NCBI RefSeq assembly: GCF_004010195.1 | Contig: NW_025214541.1 | Span: 13,189 to 45,731, forward strand | DNA: 32,543 nucleotides | Direction: 5' to 3' | DNA from: Chiloscyllium plagiosum | Lineage: Eukaryota | Shown: positions 12,701 through 23,115 of the stretch, in pieces | How positions within the stretch are numbered: position 1 is the stretch's first letter | Layout of the letters: every line of letters starts with the position of its first letter | Notes under the pieces: generated by a model | What the model was told of the DNA's origin: nothing | Databases searched by the model: none | What the model saw: the letters and a program-made list of their open reading frames with translations, nothing else | Program-made: the position numbers and the translations under genes

Positions 12701-15700
12701 ACACCTCTTTAGGAGATCAGTTATCTCAGCATTGGGACATCTCTGTAGGTGATCAGTTATCTCAGCACTGGCACATCTCTGTAATTGGTTATCTCAGCAT
12801 TGGGACATCTCTGTACGCAATCAGTTATCTTAACACTGGGACATCTGTTTATGTGATCAAATATCTCAGTACTGGGACATCTCTGTGGACGGTCAGTTAT
12901 CTAAACACTGGGATATCTCTGTAGGTGATCAGTTATCTCAGCATTGGGATATCTCTGTTGGCGATGAATTATCTCAGCACTAGCACATCTCTGTAGGCGA
13001 TCTGTTATCCCAGCATTAGGACATCTCTGCAGGTGATCAGTTATCTCTGATCTAGGACATCACTGTCAGTGATCAGTTATCTCAGCACTGGGACATCTCT
13101 GTTGATGATCAGTTATCCCTGCAGTGGGACATCTCTGTGCTTGATCAGTTATCTCAGCACTTGGGTATCTTTGTAGGCGATCAATTATCTCAGATCCAAG
13201 ACGGCTCTGTTCATGGTCAGTTATCTCAGCATGGGACATCTCTGTACGTGATCAGTTATTTTTGCACTGGGACATCTCTGTATGTGATCAGTTACCTCAG
13301 CACTCAGGACATTTCTGGAGGTGATCAGTTATCTCCACACTGGGACATCTCTGTATACGATCAGTTATCTCAGCACTGTGACAACTCTGTAGGCAATCGG
13401 TTAACTCAACACTAATATATCAATGTACGTGATCAGTTATCTCAGCACCTGACATCTCTGTAGGCAATCAGTTATCTCAGCACTCGGACACCTCTATGGG
13501 TGATCAGTTATTTCAGCATGGGGACATCTCTGTAGGCGATCTTTTATCTCAGCACTGGGACGTCTCTGTAAATGCTCGATTATCTCAGCATTGGGACATC
13601 TCTGTAGGTGATCAGTTATCTCAGCACTGGCTCATATCTGTAGGTGATCAGTTATCACAGCACTGAGACATCTCTGCAGGTGATCAGTTTATCCCCGCAC
13701 TGGGACATATCTGCAGGTGATCAGTTTATCCCCGCACTGGGACATATCTGTAGGTGATAAGTTATCTCAGCACTGGGACATCTCTGTAGATGATCAGTTG
13801 CCTCAGCACTGGGACATCTCTGCAGGTGATCAGTTATCTCAGCACTGGGACATCTCTGTAGATGATCAGTTGCCTCAGCACTGGGACATCTCTGTCGGTG
13901 ATCAGTTATGTCAGCACTCGGATATCTCTGTAGGTGATCTACTATCTCAGCACTGGAACATCTCTGTAGGTGATCAGTTATATCCTCACTGGGACATCTC
14001 AGCTCTAGCATATTACTGTAGGTGATCAGTTATCTTAGCATTGGGACATCTCTGTAGATGATTGGTTATCTCAGCATGGGGACATCTCTGTATGTGATCA
14101 GTTACCTCAGCACTGGGACATCTCATAGGTGATCGGTTATCTCAGCACTGGCTCATATCTGTAGGTGATCAGTTATCACAGCACTGAGACATCTCTGCAG
14201 GTGATCAGTTATCCCCGCACTGGGACATATCTGCAGGTGATCAGTTATCCCCGCACTGGGACATCTCTGTAGGCGATCAGTTATCTCAGCAGTGGGACAT
14301 CTCTGTAGGTGATCAGTTACCTCCGCACTGGGAGAACACTGAAGGCGGTCAGTTATCTCAGATCCAGGACATCTCTGTAGGTGATCAGTTATCTCAGCAC
14401 TGGGACATCTCTGTAGGTGAGCAGTTATCTCAGCACTGGGACATCTCTGTAGGTGATCAGTTATCTCAGCACTGGGACATCTCTGTACGTGATCGGTTAT
14501 CTCAACACTGGGACATCTCTGTAGGTGATCAGTTATCGCAGCACTGGCACATCACTGTCAGTGATCGGTTATTTAAGCACTGGGACAACTCTGTAGGTGA
14601 TCTGTAATCTCAACACTGGAACATCTCTGTAGGTGTACGGTTATCTCAGCACTGGCTCATATCTGTAGGTGATGGGTTATCTCAGCACTGGGACATCTCT
14701 GTACGTGATCAGTTACCTCAGCACTCGGACATTGCTGAAGGTGATCAGTTATCTCCGCACTGGGACATCTCTGTATGCGATCAGTTATCTCAGCACTGTG
14801 ACAACTCTGTAGGCAATCGGTTAACTCAACACTGAGATATCAATGTGCGTGATCAGTTATCTCAGCACATGACATCTCTGTAGGCAATCAGTTATCTCAG
14901 CACTTGGACACCTCTGTGGGAGATAAGTTATTTCAGCATGGGGACAACTCTGTAGGCGATCTTTTATCTCACCACTGGGACGCCTCTGTAAATGCTCGAT
15001 TATCTCAGCATTGGGACATCTCTGTAGGCGATTGGTTATCTCAGCATGGGGACATCTCTGTATGTGATCAGTTACCTCAGCACTGGCTCATATCTGTAGG
15101 TGATCAGTTATCACAGCACAGAGACATCTCTGTAGGCGATCAGTTACCTCAGCACTGGGATATCAATGTGCGTGATCAGTTATCTCAGCACTGGGACATC
15201 TCTGTAGGCGATCAGTTACCTCTGCACTCGGACATCTCTGAAGGTGATCAGTTATCTCAGATCCAGGATATCTCTGTATGTGATCAGTTATCTCAGCACT
15301 GGGACATCTTTGTTGGTGATCAGTTATCTTAGCACTGGGACATCTCTGTAGGTGATCGGTTATCTCAGCACCCAGACATCTCTGTAGGTGATCAGTTATC
15401 TCAGCACTGGGACATCTCTGTAGGTGATCGGTTAGCTCAGCGCTGGTACATCTCTGTAGGTGATCGGTTAGCTCAGCACTGAGACATCTCTGTAGGTGAT
15501 CAGTTACCTCAATATTGGTACATTTCTGTACTTGATCAGTTATCTCAGCAATGGGACATCATTGTCAGCGATCAATCATCTATGATCTAGGATGTCTCTG
15601 TTCGTGATCGGTTATCTCAGCACTGGGACATCTGTGTAGGCGATTGGTTATCTTAGCACTGGGACATCTCTGTAGGTGACCAGTTATCTCAGCACTGAGA

Positions 15701-17889
15701 CATTTCTGTAGGTAAAGAGTTATCTCAGCAGTGGGACATCTCTTTAGGTGGTCAATTATCTCAGCACTGGGGCATCTCTGTACTTGATCAGTTATCTCAG
15801 CAATCGGACATCTGTGTAGGTCATCAATTATCTCAGATCTAGGATTTTCCTGTTCGGGATCAGTTACGTCATCATGGGACATCAGTGTAGGCGATTGGTT
15901 ATTTCTGCACTGGAACATCTCTGTAGGTGATCAGTTATCTCAGCATGGGGACCTCTCTGTAGTTGATCGGTTATCCCCGCACTGGGACATCTCTGCAGGT
16001 GATCGGTTATCCCCGCACTGGGACGTCTCTGTATGTGATCAGTTATCTCAGCATGGGGACATCTCTGTAGTTGATCGGTTATCCCCGCACTGGGACATCT
16101 CTGCAGGTGATTGGTTATCTCAGTTCTGGGTCATCTCTGTGGGCGATCAGTATCACAGCAACGGGACATCTCTGTAGGTGATCAGTTTCGCAACACTGGG
16201 ACATCTCTGTAGGTGATCGGTTACCTCACCACTGGGACATCTCTGTAGGTGATCAATCATCTCTACACTGGGACATCTCTGTTGGCGATCAGTAATCTCA
16301 GATACAGGACATCTCTGTACGTGATCAGTTATCTCGGTTATCCCCGCACTGGGACATCTCTGCAGGTGATTGGTTATCTCAGTTCTGGGTCATCTCTGTG
16401 GGCGATCAGTATCACAGCAACGGGACATTTCTGTAGGTGATCAGTTTCTCAACACTGGGACATCTCTGTAGGTGATCAATCATCTCTACATTGGGACATC
16501 TCTGTTGGCGATCAGTAATCTCAGATACAGGACATCTCTGTACGTGATCAGTTATCTCAGCATGGGACATCTTTGTAGGAAATCAGTTATCTCAGCACTG
16601 GGACATCACTGGAGGTGATCAGTTATCTCCTCACTGGGACATCTCTGTCTGTGATCAGAAATCTCAACACTAGCACATTACTGTAGGTGATCAGTTATCT
16701 TAGCACTGAGACATCTCTGTAGGTGATGGGTTATCTCAGCACTGGGACATCTCTGTAGGTGATGAGTTATCTCAGCACTGGGACATCTTTGTAGGTGACC
16801 AATTATCTCAGATCTAGGACATCTCTGTGCATGATCAGTTATCTCAGCATGGGACATCTCTGTAGGTGATCAGTTATCTCAGCACTGGGACATCTCTGTA
16901 GGTGATCAGGTATCTCAGCATGGGACATCTCTGTAGGTGATCAGTTATCTCAGCACTGGGACATCACTGGAGGTGATCAGTTATCTCCTCACTGGGACAT
17001 CTCTGTCTGTGATCAGAAATCTCAACACTAGCACATTACTGTAGGTGATCAGTTATCTTAGCACTGAGACATCTCTGTAGGTGATGGGTTATCTCAGCAC
17101 TGGGACATCTCTGTAGGTGATGAGTTATCTCAGCACTGGGACATCTTTGTAGGTGAGCAATTATCTCAGATCTAGGACATCTCTGTGCATGATCAGTTAT
17201 CTCAGCACTGGGACATCTCTGTAGGTGATCAGGTATCTCAGCACTGAACATCTCTGTAGGTGATCAGTTATCTCAGCATGGGACATCTCTGTAGGTGATC
17301 AGGTATCTCAGCACTGGGACATTTCTGTCGGTGATCCATTATCTTAGCACTGGGACATCTCAGTAGTTGATCAGTTATCTCAGCATTGGGACATCATTGT
17401 CGGCGATCAGTTATCTCAGCACTGGGACATTTCTGTCGGTGATCCATTATCTTAGCACTGGGACATCTCTGTAGGTGATCAGTTATCTCAGCATTGGGAC
17501 ATCTCTGTAGGTGATCAGTTATCTCAGCACAAGGACATCTCTGTCAGTGATCAGTTATCTCAGCATTGGGACATCTCTGTAGGTGATCAGTTATTTCAGC
17601 ACTTGGACATCATTGTAGGTGATCAGTTATCTCAGCACTGGGACATCTCTGTACGTGACTAGTTATCTCAGCACTGGGTCATCTCTGTAGGCGATCAGTT
17701 ACCTCTGCACTCGGACATCTCTGAAGGCGATCAATTATCTCAGATCCAGGATATCTCTGTACGTGATCAGTTATCTCAGCACTGGGACATCTTTGTCGGT
17801 GATCAGTTATCTCCTCACTGGGACATCTCTGTCTGTGATCAGAAATCTCAACACTAGCACATTACTGTAGGTGATCAGTTATCTTAGCA
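9726..17889. repeat. 36-bp satellite array, segment 2
   Basis: Same monomer and same diagnostic variant blocks as segment 1. Confidence 0.98.
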
Positions 17890-18573
17890 NNNNNNNNNNN
17901 NNNNNNNNNNNNNNNNNNNNNNNNNNNNNNNNNNNNNNNNNNNNNNNNNNNNNNNNNNNNNNNNNNNNNNNNNNNNNNNNNNNNNNNNNNNNNNNNNNNN
18001 NNNNNNNNNNNNNNNNNNNNNNNNNNNNNNNNNNNNNNNNNNNNNNNNNNNNNNNNNNNNNNNNNNNNNNNNNNNNNNNNNNNNNNNNNNNNNNNNNNNN
18101 NNNNNNNNNNNNNNNNNNNNNNNNNNNNNNNNNNNNNNNNNNNNNNNNNNNNNNNNNNNNNNNNNNNNNNNNNNNNNNNNNNNNNNNNNNNNNNNNNNNN
18201 NNNNNNNNNNNNNNNNNNNNNNNNNNNNNNNNNNNNNNNNNNNNNNNNNNNNNNNNNNNNNNNNNNNNNNNNNNNNNNNNNNNNNNNNNNNNNNNNNNNN
18301 NNNNNNNNNNNNNNNNNNNNNNNNNNNNNNNNNNNNNNNNNNNNNNNNNNNNNNNNNNNNNNNNNNNNNNNNNNNNNNNNNNNNNNNNNNNNNNNNNNNN
18401 NNNNNNNNNNNNNNNNNNNNNNNNNNNNNNNNNNNNNNNNNNNNNNNNNNNNNNNNNNNNNNNNNNNNNNNNNNNNNNNNNNNNNNNNNNNNNNNNNNNN
18501 NNNNNNNNNNNNNNNNNNNNNNNNNNNNNNNNNNNNNNNNNNNNNNNNNNNNNNNNNNNNNNNNNNNNNNNNN
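17890..18573. other. Assembly gap (N run)
   Basis: Run of n characters. Confidence 1.
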
Positions 18574-18831
18574 CCGGGTTCAATTCCCGCCTCAGGCGAC
18601 TGACTGTGTGGAGTTTGCACGTTCTCCCCGTGTCTGCGTGGGTTTCCTCCGGGCGCTCCAGTTTCCTCCCACAGTCCAAAAATGTGCAGGTTAGGTGAAT
18701 TGGCCATGCTAAATTGCCCGTAGTGTTAGGTGTAGGGGAATGGGTCTGGGTGGGTTTCGCTTCGGCGGGTCGGTGTGGACTTGTTGGTCCGAAGGGCCTG
18801 TTTCCACACTGTAAGTAATCTAATCTAATCT
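18574..18831 (+). mobile_element. HE1-like tRNA-derived V-SINE, young copy inside the satellite (5' end lies in the gap)
   Basis: B-box GGTTCAATTCCC, V-domain GTGTGGAGTTTGCACGTTCTCCCCGTGTCTGCGTGGGTTTCCTCCGGG, CR1-like tail ending in (TAATC)3. CpGs are retained. Confidence 0.92.
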
Positions 18832-19303
18832 ACTTGATCAGTTATCTCAGCGCTGGGACATCATTGTCGGCGATCAGTTATCTCAGTACTGGGACATCTC
18901 TCTAGGTGATCACTTATCTCAGCACTGGGACATCTCTGTACGTGATCAGTTATCTCAGCACTGGGACATCTCTGTTGGTGATCGGTTATCTCAGCACTGG
19001 GACATCTCTATAGGTGTTCGGTTATCTCAGCACTGGGACCTCTCCATCAGTGATCAGTTATCTCAGCATTGGGACATCTCTGTAGGTTATCAGTTATCTC
19101 AGCACTGGAACATCTCTGTAGCTGTTCAATTATCTCTGCACTGGGACATCGCTGTAGGTGATCAGTTATCTCAGCACTGTGACATCTCTGTAGGCAATCA
19201 GTTAGCACTGGGACATCTCTCTATGTGATCTGTTATCTCAGCACTGGGACATCTCTGTAGGTGATCAGTTATCTCAGCACTGGAACATCTCTGTCAGTGA
19301 TCA
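18832..19303. repeat. 36-bp satellite array, segment 3 (right edge of the array)
   Basis: About 13 monomers, ending abruptly at ...GTCAGTGATCA. Confidence 0.96.
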
Positions 19304-19795
19304 ACAAGTCTATGATGGAGTTGTCAGGCTGTTATTTTACTGATCTGAGTGACAACTCTCCTGATTTTGGTACCAGCTGTCACGATGTTAGTAAGGAGGA
19401 CTTTTCAGCCTGAATTTGTTGTTGTCATTTCTGGTGCCCATGTCAACGTCAGATGTTCTGGCCAGTTTCATTCCTTTGTCGAGTCCTTATCGTCGATTTG
19501 ACTAACTGGGTTTTTTGACCATTTCAGAGAGCAGTTACGAATTGCTGTATATCTGGAGTAACATGTGGGAAGCACCAAGTAAGGACAGAAGTTTCCTTCC
19601 CTGAAGGACATTAGCAAAACAGATGGGTGTTTCCCACAATCATTTCATGGTCACCCTTAGACTTTTGATCCCAATTTTTTTAATGCATTCAACTTTCATC
19701 TTCAGCTGCTTTGGGATTTGAACCCAGGTCCCCAAAACATCACCTGTGTCTAGGGGTTAGTATTCTAACAGCAATACCATTAGGTCTTCAACTTC
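19304..19795 (-). mobile_element. 5' end of an old CR1/L2-group LINE: tRNA-like head + SINE-type body + start of APE endonuclease
   Basis: On the minus strand: A-box-like GACCTAATGGTA (~19786), B-box GGTTCAAATCCC (19724-19713), body TGTCCTTCAGGGAAGGAAAC..TCCTTAC..ACTCCAGA, then KVLLTNI/QLVPKSGELSLRSVK*QPD (19404 to ~19325), which resembles an ORF2 endonuclease N-terminus. Confidence 0.75.
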
Positions 19796-19849
19796 CAGTG
19801 AATAAGTTTAATGAGCACATGGCTCAAGACTCTTTTTAAACAGTGAACT

Positions 19850-20252
19850 GATGATCCAGTAGTTACGACACTGGACTTTAAATTGAATGAAATGAATTTA
19901 AATTACACAATAACCGTTTCAGAAATTCAAACGAAAAGTTTGATATCTGTAAAGGTGACCGTGATGCTGTCAGATTGTTGTAAAGTTCCAAATTTTCACT
20001 GATGTCCTTCAAAGAAAGGGATTGGCTGTCCTTACCTTGTCTGGGCTTATATGTAACTCCAGACCAACAGCAGTGTGGTTGTCTTGTGAGTGTCCATTGA
20101 AATGGATCAAAGAACCAATGAATTTTGCTCAAATCCATCGCCAGTGATTCAGAAAGAAGGCCGAACACCACAAACCCCCATCAACAAGCCATGGACAGTA
20201 AACAGTGGTCTTGAAAGCAATATCAATGTCCTAGGAATAGATAAGAAAAAAA
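19850..20252 (+). mobile_element. Degraded SINE-like element sharing its body with 19304-19795
   Basis: TTCACTGATGTCCTTCAAAGAAAGG..GTCCTTACCTTGTCTGGGCTTATATGTAACTCCAGACC..GTGTGGTTG, a tail similar to 28241-28297, and an A-rich end. Confidence 0.7.
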
Positions 20253-20360
20253 CATATAAATACTTCAAACCAACTGCAATTTCTTCAGAAAAATGGAATA
20301 AATTGCATTGAATTCCACATAGGACACTTAGCTTCAGTCACCAATGAGAATGTTACATTG

Positions 20361-20505
20361 GTTACCCTGAGTAGCGAAGGACTCTGGTTGCTATGGGCAA
20401 TGAAAGGTTCTGGTTGCTATGGGCCATGAGTGGCTCTGGTTATTATGGGTAATGAATTGCTTTCACAGCGATGGGTAGTGACATCAAAAATGTTTCCATG
20501 GAGAT
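20361..20505. promoter_or_regulatory. Array of RFX X-box-like motifs at 26-bp spacing
   Basis: GTTACCCTGAGTAGC (20361), GTTGCTATGGGCAAT (20387), GTTGCTATGGGCCAT (20413), GTTATTATGGGTAAT (20439), GTTTCCATGGAGAT (20492). CRE-like TGACATCA at 20479. Confidence 0.55.
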
Positions 20506-20984
20506 CTTCCATTGTTAGTATTTCTAAATATAAATATGTTAAATTTTCTAAAATTTGGATGAAGCAGATCCAGAGCCCAAAAACAGCAGTGAAGGAATCA
20601 ATCTTGGGAAATAGGCATTTAGTCCAGTCTTCATTGGCCAAGGCACACTTGACAGAGTGGCAATGCACCTTCATCTTGGGTCACTGTAGTCAATGTATTG
20701 CTCTCTATAACAGATTGGAACAGGTCAGTAGACTGTTAGATAATTTCTGAGGCCAATATGGTACCAATCCTACTGAAGTATTATTGACCAGGCTTGACAA
20801 AGACCGTAGGTGTAATTCCTACCCTAAAGAACATTAGTAAGCCAGTCGAGCATTTATGACTGCATCATGTTCACACTTACTACTAATATGGCCGTAGATT
20901 AAAAAAAGGAGTTAACTCACCCATCATGCCATCTCCTTGGACAAACTGTCTCACTTCTTCATTCTCAATAACTGAAAACTTCCT

Positions 20985-21103
20985 CCCTCAAACATTTGTT
21001 CAATTCCCTCCTGAATATTCTAGTGAATTGGCTTCCACTGATCTTCCAAACAATGCAGTCCAGATCATAAGGACTTACTGTGTAAACAAACTTCTCCTCA
21101 TCT
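20985..21103 (-). mobile_element. Old CR1 3'-region fragment
   Basis: The reverse complement resembles the CR1 ORF2 end (FTQ.V...W.ALP..VVEA) and the old CR1 piece at 22696-22843. Confidence 0.6.
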
Positions 21104-21107
21104 CATC

Positions 21108-21652
21108 CCTGAGGGACCGCTGCACTGTCAGAGAGTCAGTACTGAGGGAGTGCCGCACTGTCAGAGGGTCAGTACTGAGGGAGTGCTGCTCTGGAGAAGG
21201 GACAGTAATGAGGGAGTGCTGCCCTGTAGTAATAACAGTACTGAGGGAGTGCTGCACTGTCAGAGGGTCAGTACTGAGGCAGTGCCTCACTGTGAGTGGG
21301 TCAGTACTGAGGGAGTGCTGCACTGTCTGAGGGTCAGTACAGAGGGAGTGCTATACTATCAGAGGGGCAGTAACAAGGAAGTGCTGCACTGTCAAATGGT
21401 CAGTATTGAGGGAGTGCCGCACTGTCTGAGGATCAGCACTGAGAGAGTGCTGGACTGTCAGATGGTCAGTACTGAGGAAGTGCTGCACTGTCAGAGGGTC
21501 AGTACTGAGGGAATGCTGCACTGTCAGAGGGTCAGTACTGAGGGAGTGTTGCACTGTCAGAGGGTCAGTACTGAAGGAGTGCTGCACCGTCAGAAGTCAG
21601 GACTGAGGGAGTGTTGCACTGTCAGAGGGTCAGTACTGAGGGTTTCTGCACT
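21108..21652. repeat. 33-bp minisatellite (~16 units)
   Basis: Consensus GTACTGAGGGAGTGCTGCACTGTCAGAGGGTCA; the ORFs are 11-aa periodic (VSTEGVLHCQR). Confidence 0.95.
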
Positions 21653-22323
21653 GCCATCAGAACAGAATTATTCCATAATATTTCTTTACCTCCACTTCCT
21701 GCTCTGCTTTACTGAGGTTCAGGAATGAAGTCACTGGATGTGCTGCGAGTTTACACATTAAAAGATAACCAAAAGCAATCATTTTATTATACTGCACAAT
21801 AACAAAAAAAAAGAAAATTCAATTCCCATTTCAATTATTTGAGTTTCCTCTTCTCAGGTTCTGCTTCTCTCACACCTCAATGACTTTACAACTTTGAGGC
21901 TGTAGTTATGGAAAATTACAGGAAAAGCCATGCCTTGTGCTTTGACTGGAATTTTTCAGGTCAGAGGTCAGAGTTTTCAGTCAGGCAGGAACCCACTAAG
22001 GACTCCAAAGGTGGCCTTTGATCAGCCCATGCTGTGTGAAGGAAGGAAGGATGGGGGTGGTTGATGCTGGCTCCTCAAACCCCAAGAGAATCTATCCAAG
22101 TTACCTTTAGGCCTCAGGTGATTAGTCCTGGCCGGGACATTGCCCTGAATCCCCAGGCTGAACTCCCTCTCTGCTGGATGGTGTAGGTAAGATCCAGTCA
22201 CCTCTGTGCCAATGATATCTTGATATTGAGATCAGGGTGCGGTGCTGACTGAGGGAATTCTCATCCTCCTCTATCAACTCTGTTTGTTTAGGAACACATA
22301 TGACCTACAAATCCACTGCACTC

Positions 22324-22339
22324 GGGGGGGGGGGGGGGG
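22324..22339 (+). repeat. Poly-G tract (16 nt)
   Basis: Seen directly in the sequence. Confidence 0.95.
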
Positions 22340-22389
22340 AGTTTAAAGGGAAGGCCAATGGTGAATGTGGAAAATAAATTGTCATGGCA

Positions 22390-23115
22390 AATGGTCAGTA
22401 CCAGAGGACAAAGATTTAAGATAATTGGCAAAATAAGCAGGGAGGGAGGTTGAAGTAAAAGCGGTTACAGTGATATGTTAATGAGGCAAAGAATATATCA
22501 TCACAGGAAATGAGGCAATTAGTATTACCTGTGTCTCTCTTGCAGATAAAACCATAGTAAGATGTTTTGTACTACATCCTACCTTACATTACAGCAAATG
22601 TTTTTCTTAGCTCAGCAGACTCTGTGAATGTTCTTCGGCAGCACCACGAGACAAGAATATTATACAGACAGTGTAATGTGGTAAGTTCTTCTGACAGGAA
22701 CTAACCTGCCTGAAAGGATGGTGGATACAGATCGAGCCATCATGTTCAGATTGGAATTGGATCAATACTAGAAAGGGGAAGTTTTTCACAGGGCTATGGG
22801 GAAAGAGCAGGATGGACAACAATTGGACATCTATTTCAAAGAGGAGAAAACGAAGACTGCAGATGCTGGAGATCAGAGTCGAGAAAGTAGTGCTGGAAAA
22901 GCACAGCAGGTCAGGCAGCATCCGAGGAGCAGGAGAATCGACGTTTCGGGCATTGAGTTCCTGAGGAAGGGCTTATGCCCAAAATGTCCATTCTCCTGCT
23001 CCTCGGATGTTGCCTGACCTGCTGTGCTTACCCAGCACCACGCTCTCAACATTTATTTCAAAGAGCTCACATAGTCACCATGAATCAAATGGCCTCCTCT
23101 ATGCTATGTCATTCT
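22390..23115 (+). mobile_element. Old CR1 3' end split into three pieces (~22390-22475, ~22696-22843, ~23049-23115)
   Basis: Collinear CR1 3' motifs: ACCAGAGGACAAAGATTTAAG (TRG.RFK), CTGCCTGAAAGGATGGTGG, GGGCTATGGGGAAAGAGCAGG, AATGGCCTCCTCTATGCTATG. Confidence 0.7.
22844..23048 (+). mobile_element. Palindromic Penelope-type mini-element, older copy, with 17-bp TSD
   Basis: Leader GACTGCAGATGCTGGAGATC, imperfect inverted arms and a degenerate hammerhead core. TSD ACATCTATTTCAAAGAG (22827-22843) / ACATTTATTTCAAAGAG (23049-23065). Confidence 0.85.

Noticed and set aside
254..17251. Repetitive ORFs (SQHWDISVGDQL / RCPSAEITDHLQ) as proteins or zinc fingers
   Set aside because: They arise because the 36-bp unit is stop-free in one frame on each strand. 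Frequent stops and 35/37-bp units break the frames, and Cys/His spacing is not C2H2-like.
1..19303. 36-bp repeats as a CRISPR array
   Set aside because: Units are contiguous with no unique spacers, there are no cas genes, and the context is vertebrate retroelements.
20926..21728. ORFs with VSTEGVLHCQR / RECCTVRGSVL repeats
   Set aside because: Translations of the 33-bp minisatellite, open in several frames and on both strands.
21858..21959. Possible exon (TTCCTCTTCTCAG| ... CAG|GTCAGA) encoding MENYRKSHALCFDWNFS
   Set aside because: Splice signals are plausible but the donor is weak and the peptide unrecognisable; it cannot be supported without RNA data.
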